A DNA stretch of 57,062 nt from assembly GCF_004010195.1 (NCBI RefSeq), contig NC_057755.1:7566769-7623830 (forward strand), given 5' to 3'. This DNA comes from Chiloscyllium plagiosum. Lineage: Eukaryota. The position numbers were made by a program, and so were the translations under genes. Shown piece by piece: positions 13,501 to 25,629 of the stretch. Numbering within the stretch: the stretch's first letter is position 1; each line of letters starts with the position of its first letter. The notes beneath the pieces were generated by a model that saw only the letters and a list, made by a program, of their open reading frames with translations, was not told the origin of the DNA and made no database searches.

Positions 13501-14147
13501 TGGGATCCTTCCATATCCGCCACAAATTCACCTGCACCTCCACACGCATCATTTACTGCATCCGCTGCACCCTATGTGGCCTCCTCTATATTGGGGAGAC
13601 AGGCTTGCGGAACATTTCAGAGAACACCTCTGGGACACCCGGACCAACCAACCCAACCACCCCGTGGCTCAACACTTCAACTCCCCCTCCCACTCCACCA
13701 AGGACATGCAGGTCCTTGGACTCCTCCATCACCAGACCATAGCAACACGACGGTTGGAGGAAGAGCGCCTCACCGCCTAGGAACCCTCCAACCACAAGGG
13801 ATGAACTCAGACTTCTCCAGTTTCCTCATTTTCCCTCCCTCCACCTTGTCTCCGTCCCAACCCTCGAACGCAGTACCACCTTCCTAACCTGCAATCTTCT
13901 TTCTGACCTCTCCGTCCCCACCCCCACTCCGGCCTATCACCCTCACCTTAACCTCCTTCCACCTATCGCATTTCCAATGCCCCTCCCCTAAGTCCCTCCT
14001 CCCTACCTTTTATCTTAGCCTGCTTGGCACACTTTCCTCATACCCGAAATGTCGATTATCCTCTTCCTTGGATGCTGCCTGACCTGCTGCGCTTTTCCAG
14101 CAACACATTTTCAGCTCTGATCTCCAGCATCTGCAGTCCTCACTTCC
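10504..14147 (+). mobile_element. Near full-length Penelope-like element (Neptune-type, family 1) with direct pLTRs and an inverted 5' pLTR
   Basis: Inverted pLTR 10504-10717; pLTR about 10725-11016; broken ORF from 11054 with KPADKG, FYLLPKIHKPDCPGRPIVS, GVTMGTRMGPSYACLF..YIDD, PCNCKKCKTC linker and IIYCIRC...LYIGETG; 3' pLTR about 13850-14147. Confidence 0.92.
10886..10925 (+). ncRNA. Minimal type I hammerhead ribozyme motif, intact core
   Basis: CTGAAGA(10892-10898)-A-GGGC-TCAT-GCCC-GAAACGTC(10912-10919); palindromic ACGT in place of stem III. Confidence 0.75.
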
Positions 14148-14367
14148 TTGCGGCTAAAGCACCTAACTCAAGCGTCCCTGAGCACTATGGAAAATTTCAC
14201 AGGGCCAATTCACCTAACCTGTGCATCTTTGGAGTGTGGGAATAAACCAGAGCACTTGGAGGAGACCCACGCAGACGCGGGGAGAATATGCAAACTCCAC
14301 ACAGACAGTCACCGAACCCAGGTTCCTGGTGCTGTGAGGCAGTAGTACTAACTACTGAGCTACCGTG

Positions 14368-14571
14368 GAGAAAGTGAGGACTGCAGATGCTTGAGATCAG
14401 AGCTGAAAATGTGTTGCTGGGAAAGTGCAGCAGGTCAGGCAGCATCCAAGGAGCAGGAGAATCGATGTTTCGGGCGTGATCCCTTCGAATGGCTCAGGTC
14501 TGAAACGTCTATTCTCCTGCTCCTTGGATGCTGCCTGACCTGCTGTGTTTTTCCAGCAACACATTTTCAGC
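14368..14571. mobile_element. Fold-back (palindromic) mini-element built from two inverted Neptune pLTR tails
   Basis: Left arm is the reverse complement of the right arm; perfect 14-bp TSD actgagctaccgtg (14354-14367, 14572-14585). Confidence 0.85.
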
Positions 14572-14779
14572 ACTGAGCTACCGTGACCCTATAATCTTAA
14601 GCTTAAAGTATTGAGGCAGGGGTATGGAAACAAGACTACTAGGTCATCATGCAAAATGGTTGAGGAAAATTCAGGGATTAAGACGAATAATTTACTTGAA
14701 AGAATAGGCAGAAACAATTAATGAACATGGTATTAATGGTGGTCTGAAGTATTCTTATTTTAATGGAAGGAGTAAGACA

Positions 14780-15420
14780 GCTCAGATAAATGATCAGGCC
14801 TTGGGAAAGGTCCTACACTGCAGATACCAACACCGAACACCCAGTCGCACAAGAACTAGCTGCCATGGACATTACCCTCACAACTGTGCACTTACCAGAA
14901 CACCAAGGAGGCTTGGAGCAATGGTTTATGCCAGTGACGTTTATTCCCATTTCAGCACGATTTCGCATGCATGAGAAATACCTCCAGGTCTAGACAACTG
15001 GTTTCAACATTTCTCACCGAAAATACTCTTATACAATTATGGTTGGGCAGCCATATAAAAGGCAGACACAACTGCCTGGTGCACTGGAACTTGATTCTTC
15101 AAGGCCCTGACATTACTGTAAAACGTGCCAACGTGTCCACCTTCTTGGCCGAAAAGCTGAGTTTTGAAAGATAGGGCCAGAAATGGCAAGGAATGATGCA
15201 ACGGGACCTTGATCGCAAAAACAAAAAGTGGGAGAGCCCAAGGTAATCAGGAATGCCTTCTTTATTTTGTAGAAGTCTTGTATGGTGGAGTACAGGAACA
15301 GGAAAACCTGATATAGAATACATATGGAGAACCAGAGAGACAAACATATGGTGGAATTAGCATTAAGGTATGATTCCAGATTTATTTCTCCTCTCTCTCC
15401 CAACCCCTTGCCAATTGGTT
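14780..15420 (+). mobile_element. Possible highly degenerate retrovirus-like/LTR pol remnant (RT-connection or RNase H region)
   Basis: Translations QELAAM... and FLTENTLIQLWL...HWNLILQGPDITVKR resemble RT tether/RNase H motifs; many stops. Confidence 0.35.
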
Positions 15421-15619
15421 TAAAAGCTGCCCAACACCACGAACAAATCTCCAAGAAAATACATTAGACACATGTTCGGTGAGGTATGAACCATCTGACA
15501 TGTACCAGTCCCACCCACTAACGATCCAAAGTCTAAAGATCTCCACCGTACAGCCTTTACCCACACACCCAACTGACCTATCCATCTGATCCTATGTTCC
15601 GTTGTGAGCGTTAATGGAT

Positions 15620-18600
15620 GTAATACAGACGCAGTAGTGGATGCAGTGAGGGCGAGGACCAGGGGGCTGCTGGGAAGATAAATTCCTCCTTTAAAAACTT
15701 ACCTCATGAATAGGTGGAATGGACACGGGACTGCCGAGTAAGTGAGGTAATATATTTGGGCAGTTGCCTTATCCAAAACACTGCATACATAGTGTCTCCC
15801 ACCTATCCTCCTCCATTAACCAAAACAAACATTCTGACTGCCGGATTGGTAAGATTACTAGTAAGTTTCAATAGTCTTTTTGGGAATTCAGAACAGTGGG
15901 AATGGATGTTAGGGCAGTTGCATGATCCTCCTGTCAGATGTAGCAGGTAAGGGGCACCCACAGGTAAAAGCTAGATTGATTGCGGCCAGGAAATGGAAAT
16001 GGAGCAGGCAGACAGTGCAGGGCTATTCCCCTCAATAATATGTATACCGTTTTGGATAGAGTTGGGGTAGACTGACCTACTAGGGGAAAGTCATAGTGAT
16101 CAGATCCCTGCAACTGAGCCTGGCTCTGTGGCTCAGACGGGAAGAGGAGAGAATCAAAAAGCGCCAGTGGTGGGAGAGTCAATAGTTAGAGGAATGGACA
16201 GGAGATTCTGTGGTCGCGAACAAGACCCCCGGAAGATATATTGCCTCCCAGGTGCCAGGGTCTGGGATGTCTCTGATCGAGACTACAAGTTTCTGAAGGG
16301 GCAGGGAGACCAGCCAGAAGTCATGGTACACATTGGTACCAATGGCATAGCTAGGAAAAAGGATGAGGATCTAAATAGTGATTTCAGGGAGTTAGGTTGG
16401 AAGCTAAAAAGAAGGATGAGCACAGTAATAACCTCAGGATTAATACTAGTGTCATGTGCGAGTGAGGCGATGAACAGGGAGCAAGTGCAGCTAAACACGT
16501 GACTACAGGGCTGGTGCAGGAGGGAAGGCTTCAGATGTGTAGATTTATTGTGGAATATTCTGGGGAAGGTGAGACCTGTAAATGAAGGAAGGGTTGCACT
16601 TAAATTGGACGGACACTAATGTCCTGAACGGGAGATTGCTGGAGAACTTCGGGAGGGTTTAAATTAGTTTGGCATATGGATGGGATACAGAGCTACAGAT
16701 TAGAGGAGAAGGCAGAAATAGAATACAGAGTGTCTGTCAGGAAGGATACACAGTTGACAGGGTTAAGGAATGTGTTAAAGTGTGTTTGTTTCAATGCAAA
16801 TAGTGTCAGGAATAAGAGTGATGAAGTTAGAACATAGATCAGTACTTGGAACTATGATGTTGTCACCATGTCGCAAACATAGCAGGAATGGTTGATGGAT
16901 GTTCCAGGGTTTAGATCTTTTAGAAATAACAGGGAGAGGGTTAACAGATGAGGGGGAGCAGCATTGCTAATGAGAGAGTGCATCACAGCTGCCGAAAAGG
17001 AGGTTGTTGAGGAAGGTTTGTCTGCTGAGTCAGTATGGGTAGAACTCAGTAACAGGAAAGGGCAGTCACTGTATTAGGTGTTTCCTTAGACCCCTCAACA
17101 GCAGCAGAGAGATTGAAGAACAGATTGGAAAGCAGATCTTGGAAAGATGTAACAGAGTTTTTGTTAAGGGTGACTTCAAATTCCTCAATATTGATTGGAA
17201 CCTCCTTAGTGCAGATAGTCTGGATGGAGCCGATTTTGTCAGATGTGTCCAGGAAGGATTCCTGACTAAATATTTAGATCGGCCAATTGGGGGAGGCCCT
17301 ATTGCATTTGATGTTAGGTAACGAGGCGGGCCAGGTATCAGATCTCTCGGTGAGAGACAATATAGGTGACAGTGACCTTTACTTTCGCCATGGAGAGGGA
17401 AAGGAACAGAAAGTATGGGAAGGTATTTAATTGGGTGAGGGGAAATTATACTGTCATCAGGCAGGAGCTGTGGAGTATAAATTGGGAGCAATTGTTCTGT
17501 GGAAAATGCGTAACAGAAATGTGGAGGCTGTTTAAGGAGCACTTGTTGTGAGTGTTGGATACCTTTGTCCCACTGAGACAGGCAGGGAATGGTAAGGTGA
17601 ACGAGCTTCTCATCAAGAGGAAGAAGGAAACTTACTTAAGGTTGAGGACACAAGGATCTGGCAAAGCTTTAGAGGATTTGTAGGGTAGCTAGGAATGATC
17701 TCAAAATGGATTGAGGAGAGCTGGGAGGGGGCATAAAAAGCCTTGGCTTTATGATCAGAGAGAGAGGTGGGAGCGGAGGGGGGGGGGGGGGCAGGGCTGA
17801 TCAGGGATAGTGGAAGGAACATGTGCCTGGAATCTGAAGAAGTAGGGGAAGCCCTATATGGTTATTTTTACTTCAATATTCACCAGAGAGGATGACTTTC
17901 TTGATAGAGAGAACATCGTGAAACAGGTAAACCAGCTTGTACAGATTAATATGAACAAAATGGGTGTGCTGGCATTTCTGGGAAGCATCAAGATCGATAA
18001 GTTCCCAGGATCAGACCAGATAGATCCAAGGCTACTACAGGAAGCGAGGAATGAGATTGCATCCTCATTCTCCATGGGAGTAGTTCCAGATGATTGGAGG
18101 GAGGCGAATGTTCCTCTGTTTAAGGAAGGGAGGAGGGAAATATCCGGATGTTTGGATGGAGGCGCATGTTCCTCTCTTTAATAAAGGGAGTAGGGAAATC
18201 TCTGGAAATTACAGACCAGTCAGGCTTACATCTGTGGTAAGCAAGGCACTGGGAAGGATTCTGAGAGTAGAATTTTTGACAATTGGATAAAATCTAGTTT
18301 GATTAAAGATAGTCAGCATGGCTTTTGGAAGGGCAGGTCATGCCTCACAAATTTATTGTGTTCTTTGAGGATGTGACGAGACAAGTTCACGAATGTCGAT
18401 CAGTAGATGTGGTGTATAAAGATTTCAGTAAGGCATTTGATAAGGTTCCCAACTGTCAGCTGATTCAGAAAGTTGGGAGGTATGGGATACATGGAAATTT
18501 GGCTGTCTGGATACGGAATTGGCTGGCTGAAAGAAGACAGTGAGTGGTAGTGCCTGGAAGGTGGTGACCAGTGGTGTCCCACAGGGCTCTGTTCTTGGGC

Positions 18601-19552
18601 ATCTGTTCTTTGTAGTTTTATAAATGACTTGGATGAAACAGTGGAAGGGTGGAAGTTAAAATGCCGATGACACAAAAGTCGGTGGTGTTCTAGAGTTTCC
18701 GGGGTTTTGTAGGCTACAACGGGTCGTTATCAGGATGCAGAGCTGGGCTGAGAAGGGGCAGATGGAGTTCAACATGAATAAATGCAAAGTGATTCATTTT
18801 GGAAATTCAAAGTTGAATGCTGAATACAGGGTTAAAGACATGATTCTTGGTAGTGTTGACGAACAGCGGGATTTTGAGGTCCATGTACACAGATCCCTCA
18901 AAATTGCCAACAAAGTGACAAGTTTGTCCATAAAGCGTATGGTGTTTTGGCTTTCATTAACAGAGGGATTGAGTTTAAGAGCTGCGAGGTTTTGCTGCTA
19001 TAAAACCCTGGTTCGACCACATTTGGACTATTGTTTCCGGTTCTGGTCACCACATTACAGGAAGGATGTAAATTCTTTCGAGACGGTGCAGAGGAGATTT
19101 ATCAGGATGCTGTCTTGTCTTATGAAGAGTGGTTGTGTGAGTCGGGCTTCTTATACTGGAGAGAAGAAGGAAGAGAGATGACTTCATAGAGGTGTACAAG
19201 GTAATGAGAGGCATCGATAGAGTAGATATACAGAGACGTTTCCCCAGGGCAGAAATGGCTGTCACGAGGGGTCATCATTTTAAGGTGATTGGACGAAGGT
19301 TTAAGGGAGATGTCAGAAAAAGATTTGTTACACAGTGTGTGGTGGGTGCGTGGAATGTACTGTCAGTGGTGGTATTAATATCAGAGACATTAAGGACATT
19401 TAAGCGACTGCTGAACAAACACAAGGACAGCAGTCAAAGGGGAGTGTGGACGTTAGGTTGATTTTAAATGAAGAAAAATCCTCGGTACAACATCGTGGGC
19501 CGAATGGCCTGCACTGTGCTGTCATGTTCTATGTTCTGAGTTCTATGTTCTA
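15620..19552 (+). mobile_element. Near full-length degenerate CR1 LINE (ORF1 SGNH esterase plus ORF2 APE-RT)
   Basis: ORF 16128..16502 VVGESIVRG...CLPGARV...VHIGTN; APE near 16780; RT 18325-18700 DFSKAFDKVP; 3' (gttctat)n-like tail ending near 19551. Confidence 0.9.
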
Positions 19553-20910
19553 CATTATAAAATTATTATTCCTCCTCTTTATTATACTTCCCATTCTCTG
19601 AATCCCTCTTGCAGGATCTCACTTTCTTTTAAATACTCGTTGTTGGTAACGACTTGTACCACAACTGCTGGCTCTTAAGAATTCCCTACAGCCGCTGTGA
19701 GACATCCCTGACCTTAGCACAAGGGAGTCAAGGTACCATTCGAGAGTCTTGTTGCAGTCACAAACCATCTATCCGTTCATATTCACTTGCAGGATGAAGG
19801 TGTTGCTGGCTAGACCAGCAATCATTGCCCATCCGCAATTTCCCAGAGAGCATCTTAGAAGTCATCACATTCCTGTGGATCTGAAGTCACGTGCAGTTCA
19901 AACCATATAAGGATGGTGCTTTCCTACCCTAAAAATCATTAGTGAACCAGTACCCATTACAATGGTGACCTTTATCACTAAAGCTTTCCTCTTGTTTTTC
20001 CACACCTGCTGTGGAGCAGAGCCAAACATGGTGCCACAAGCGTGGCTGCTGTTGCTTTCCCCTGACAGGCCATGCCTCCCCCAATATGATCCAATACGAT
20101 ATATCTGAACCAAAGTGGGATGCCTGTGCTACATACGCGTCTTCCTTGTGGTCACTCAGCTCATTTCTGCTTGTATAGCCCTTACAAGTGGTGTTTCAAG
20201 CTCAGTGAGCATTCTATCCAGGAAGTCTACATTGAACTTATCTGCAGCTCCAACCGTTTTATATAATCAATCAGGAACTGCCAGTAAACATACTTGCTGC
20301 ATGCATGGACACTTCGTTATTGGAACTGTCCCTGACTTGTCACACAATGCAAGAGGAACATTCCACAGACCCGAATTATCCTCTACTCATTCCCACTGTG
20401 ATTCTTACGAACGACAAACAATAAATTAGTAAGAAATTGTCAATCCTACCCACCACACCAAGTCAGTATCTCTATCGCTGTCTCTATATCTGAGCATATC
20501 TCTGTCACTCTCTCACACACTCCCTTCCCTCTCCATATTCCAGTCAAACTACAAACCCCAAAATTAAGAACTATTCACTCTATCTCCCTTCCAATACTAC
20601 TCTCTCAGTTCCTGAAAACCGCGCCTCCACAACCAATCCCCACACAATATCCCTGTGATATCAATCTGATTGACTGCCCGTGTTCAGAATTAAGCATTTT
20701 ATCACTGCTAAGTGTAACCTGTCTCCCACCACCTGCGCTTCAAGAGTTCAACATCCAATGAGTGACTCCACAATGTGGATGAGGTATGATGTCATTCATA
20801 GCTTTATGTTGGGTCCCTGATCTTGGGTTTCAATTCATCTTGTTGTTTGACATTACAAATTATGAACGTAAAAAGCTAACTGAAAGCTCTTCATCCAAAA
20901 GGAAACCAAT

Positions 20911-21407
20911 GCTGGGCTCCCTCGTGTCTACACTGCGCTCCCTCGTATCTACACTAGGCTCCCTCGTGTCTACACTGGGCTCTCTCGTGTCCCAGCTGGG
21001 CTCCCTCGTGTCCACACTGGGCTCCCTCGTGTCCACGCTGCAATTCCTCGTGTCCACGCTGCGCTCCCTCGTGTCCTCACTGGGCTCCCTCGTGTCTACA
21101 CTGGCCTCCCTCGTGTTCACACTGGGCTCCCTTGTGCCACTGCTGGGATCCCTCGTGACCACACTGGGCTCTCTCGTGTCCACACTGGGCTCCCTCATGT
21201 CCATGCTGGGCTCCCTCCTGTGCACACTGGGCTCTCTCGGGTTCATGCTGGGCTCCCTCGTGTCCACGCTGGGCTCACTCGTGTCCAAAGTGGGCTCTCT
21301 CGGGTTCATGTTGGGCTCCCTCGTGTCCACGTTGGGCCCCCTCGTGTCCACGCTGCACTCCCTCGTGTCCTCACTGGGCTCCCTCGTGTCCACACTGGGC
21401 TCCCTCG
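20911..21407. repeat. 21-bp minisatellite (about 24 visible copies, consensus ctgggctccctcgtgtccaca) running into an N gap
   Basis: Direct reading of the sequence; yields LGSLVST and DTREPSV heptad pseudo-ORFs. Confidence 0.95.
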
Positions 21408-21907
21408 NNNNNNNNNNNNNNNNNNNNNNNNNNNNNNNNNNNNNNNNNNNNNNNNNNNNNNNNNNNNNNNNNNNNNNNNNNNNNNNNNNNNNNNNNNNNN
21501 NNNNNNNNNNNNNNNNNNNNNNNNNNNNNNNNNNNNNNNNNNNNNNNNNNNNNNNNNNNNNNNNNNNNNNNNNNNNNNNNNNNNNNNNNNNNNNNNNNNN
21601 NNNNNNNNNNNNNNNNNNNNNNNNNNNNNNNNNNNNNNNNNNNNNNNNNNNNNNNNNNNNNNNNNNNNNNNNNNNNNNNNNNNNNNNNNNNNNNNNNNNN
21701 NNNNNNNNNNNNNNNNNNNNNNNNNNNNNNNNNNNNNNNNNNNNNNNNNNNNNNNNNNNNNNNNNNNNNNNNNNNNNNNNNNNNNNNNNNNNNNNNNNNN
21801 NNNNNNNNNNNNNNNNNNNNNNNNNNNNNNNNNNNNNNNNNNNNNNNNNNNNNNNNNNNNNNNNNNNNNNNNNNNNNNNNNNNNNNNNNNNNNNNNNNNN
21901 NNNNNNN
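21408..21907. other. Assembly gap (500 N)
   Basis: Run of N. Confidence 1.
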
Positions 21908-22459
21908 TTGAAATTGTTGTCTTCCTGCTCGTTATTTTCTCACCACTGCCTGTCTCTTTTTTTTTTTGCCTCTCTCTTTTCTGACCATCACACATTCCGT
22001 CTTCTTTCCTCAATATCTGTACGTTCCTCCCTTTCTCTCCCTTGCCCCATCTCTCGGCTGCTGTGTTGGTCACTCACTATAGTCCTTTCTCTCGCTCTCT
22101 CGCTCTCTCTCTCTCGAGTGGGCATTCTCCTTTAGTCACCCATTCTGGTTCCAGTCCACTCTGTGACTGTAGCCTTCTGTACGTAGTGCTGATGAGAGTT
22201 TAACCACTGGCAAGTCCAGACTTGGCCTCAGATCCCGAGTGCCACAGAGAACATATTGTTCTTGAATCCCCTGGCTGCTGGCCCAGCATTTAATTTGTTA
22301 TTTCTGCTGTGTGTTAATTAAGTTACATTGTTAAGAAGTCACTTCAGATGCAAGGGTTGAGAGAGCCAGAAGCTTTGATTCTCTCGTCTTCTGCTGCTTC
22401 ACTCCTTCACATCTGCCTCTTGAGGTCACTTCGCCCACTGCTCTACTTTCTGTCTCTTT

Positions 22460-22790
22460 GAATTAGGTTCCCTACAGGGTGGAAACAGGTCCTTCGGCCC
22501 AACAAGCCCACACTGGCCCTCCGAAGAGTATCCCACTCAGACTCATTCCCCTATGTTACTTCATGCACTTAGCCTGCACGTCCCTGAACACTATGGGTAA
22601 TTTAGCATAGCTAATTCACCCTGACCTGCACATCTTTGCACTGTGGGAGGAAACCGGAGCACCCGGAGGAAGCCCACGTCGACAGTGGGAGAATATGCAA
22701 ATTCTGCACACAGTTGCCTAAGGCAGGAGTCAAACCTGGGCCCCTGTTGCTGTGAGGCAGCAGTGCTAACTACTGAGCCACCGTGCCACT
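22460..22790 (-). mobile_element. HE1-type V-SINE, full length
   Basis: tRNA head (reverse complement of ggcacggtggctcagtagttagcactgctgcctcacagc), V-domain and CR1-like tail. Confidence 0.88.
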
Positions 22791-23329
22791 CCGCTTTCTG
22801 TGAGCACTAACTGTTGGGTCAACAGTTATTCCATTGCATCTTGGTGGCGATCCTTTCTGTCCTTTGTTTGGATTGTCAGCGGGATGTTTTGTTGTGAACT
22901 CCACAAGTCCAATTCTCTGAAAATCTTAATCTGATGAAAATAATGACTGTCTATCAATTCTCAGCAACTGATGAAGATATCCAATGCACGAACTTCAAAA
23001 GACGCTTACACACAGACACCCACACACTGTCATCCTCACAAGAGCAGGCTGTCTCCGACACACCCGGAGGAACAGGTTTCTCAGTCTTTCTCCCCCCCCC
23101 CCCCACACACCTGGAAGAACAGATTGCCCCCCACCTCACACCCCAACACAGAGGAACAGGGTCTTCCCTATGCTCGCACAGGAGCGCACACTCCCCTCCA
23201 CAGCCACAGGACCTTGCCCTCCTCAACCCCACTCTCCTGCAGGAGCACAGCCTCTCCTGTAGTCAGAAGGCATACAGCCTAACACGTGCATTGCCAACCA
23301 ACTTTGCTGAAGTGAGCCACTTTCCTATC

Positions 23330-24780
23330 CTTGCACCATGTGCATATGTCTTTAAACTATTGTCATCGTTCCTGCTTCTACCACTTCCTTTGGTAGCTCA
23401 TTCCATTCACGTACCACCCTCTGTGGGGGAAAAAGTTGGCCCTTTTATATCTTTCCCCCTCACCCTAAACCTATGCCCTCTAGTTCTGGAATGCCCAATC
23501 CCAGGGAAAAGACTTTGCCTAGTTACCCTATCCATGCCCTTCATAATTTTGTAAACCTCTATAAGGTCACCCCTCAGCCTCCGATGCTCCAGGGAAAACA
23601 GCCCCAGCCTGTTCAGCCTCTCCCTGTAGCTCAAATCCTCCAACCTTGGCAACATCCTTGTAAATCTTTTCTGAACCCTTTCAAGTTTCACAACATCTTT
23701 CTGGTAGGAAGGAGACCCCCTTGCACATGCTTGTGCTTTTCTTAAAGACTCCTACTGTATGTGCCTCTGCCACCATCCCTGGCAGCGTGTTGCAGACTCT
23801 GACCACTCTGTGGAAACAACTTGCCTCTCGCATCTCCTTTTGAACTTTCCCACTCTCACCCTAAATGCACGCCTCCTTGCATTAGTCATTTCATGTCTGC
23901 TGAAAAGATTCTGTCCATCCACCCTATCTGATAATTTTATTGACTCTTCCCAGCCTGCACTGCTCCAGAGATAACGACCTGTATTTTTCCAGCCTCTCCT
24001 CGTCTCATCCGGGCACCATCCTGGTAAACCTCTTTCACACCCTCTCCAAAGCCTTCACGTCCTTCCTGTAATGTCACAAGCAGAACTGAAAGCAATATTC
24101 TCAGTGTGGCCTAACCAAAATCTAATAAAGCTCACTTTCTGCCTCTTGTACTCTGTTCCCTGACCAATAAAGGCAAGCATGCCATACGCCGCCTTCACCA
24201 CCATATCTACTTGCGTGGCCCCTTTCAGGGAATTGTGGTCTTGAACCCCAGCTACATCAGTGCTGTTCAGGGTCCTGTCATTAACTGTATACCTTTCCTG
24301 AACGTTTGATCCCCCTAAGTGTAGCACTTCACACTTATGAGGTTTAAACTCCCATCTGCCATTTCGCCACCCATATCTGCAACCGACCTATATCCCACTG
24401 TATCCTTTGACAACCTTCTGCACTATCCACAACTCCACCCATCTTTGGATATCGTCTGCTAATTTACTTACCCACCCATCTACATTTTCATCCAGGTCAC
24501 ATATTACAGACAGCAGAGTCCCAGTACGGATCCCTGCGGAACACCACTAATCACAGACCACCAGCCAGAATATCATGAGCCTCATCTCATTATCCTCCAG
24601 ATCCTTCTCCTGGGTGAATACCAATTCAAGGTATTAGAACATAGAACAATACAGTGCAGAACAGGCCCTTCAGCCCTCGATATTGCACCAACCGGTGAAC
24701 TAATCTAAGCCTATCCCTCTACACTATCCCATCATCATCATCATCCATGTGCTTATCCCAGGATTGCTTAAATCTCCCAC
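23330..24780 (-). mobile_element. Cluster of CR1 3' fragments
   Basis: ORFs 23407..23691(-) and 24055..24327(-) carry CR1 C-terminal motifs; tagaacatagaac tail at about 24635. Confidence 0.8.
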
Positions 24781-24950
24781 TGTCCAAATATGTGCAGGTC
24801 AGGTGAATTGGCCATGGTAAATTGCCTGTAGTGTTAGGTGCATTAGTCAGAGGGAAATGGGTCTGGGTGGGTTACTCTTCGGAGGGTCGGTGTGGACTGG
24901 TTGGGCTGAAGGGCCTGTTTCCACACTGTAGGGAATCTAATCTAATCTAA
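24780..24950 (+). mobile_element. HE1 SINE 3' half
   Basis: gtgcaggtcaggtgaattggcc...gggcctgtttccacactgtagggaatctaatctaatctaa. Confidence 0.85.
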
Positions 24951-25629
24951 CCACTGAGCCCATAACTGCCACGCTGTCAGAGGAGCACTCTCCAGCACAT
25001 ATTGGAACAATCACTCGTATGTCTCACACACTGAAACTTTCAGGTAGGCATCCACAGTGAAATTTATCTCTACCTCAAAGCGCAGGTACATTAGTGCACA
25101 CGCAGTAACACGTGCTTGCAGTAACATGAACAAATTCTGTGTTCACGCACTGTCACACAGGAATGGAATGTCTAACACACGCTGTTATATGGGTTTGCTC
25201 TGTCTGGAACACACTGTCACTCAGGAACAGAACATCTTCTGTCCCTTGCTGTCCCTGTCATGTTCTTGGCCTCAGTTGCCACACTTTCTTTGTTTATATT
25301 CTTAATGTTATTGCTCTGGCAATTGTCCAGCAAGTTTCACACATTATTTCCTCCTGTGTTACCTGTTATCCTCAATTGACATGGTTCTATCTCAAATGAT
25401 AAGGTGATCAGTAAACAGGGTCCTGATTGTTATTGCACTCAAGTACTGCAATTTATTTCGGAAGCTGTTGAAGATTACAGTGATCAGGGAAGCAATGTTT
25501 ACTCATTTGAATGCACGCACTCACATTGTTCGGCAAAAACATCGACTTTTTTACTTAAACACGTAAACCCAAGCTTGCAAACCTATCCACAGAAGGAAAG
25601 GTTACTGGTGCACACAGACTCGTGTCTTA

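Larger units (their letters stand above)
10400..14367 (-). mobile_element. HE1 SINE split by the Neptune insertion (halves 10400-10503 and 14148-14367)
   Basis: 3' part (aagtccacaccaaccctccaaagagc) left of the PLE; V-domain and tRNA head (gctgtgaggcagtagtactaactactgagctaccgtg) right of it. Confidence 0.75.

Noticed and set aside
20786..22135. 449-aa, 254-aa and 177-aa ORFs with LGSLVST or DTREPSV repeats
   Set aside because: Translation of a 21-bp minisatellite plus an N gap; no splice or homology support
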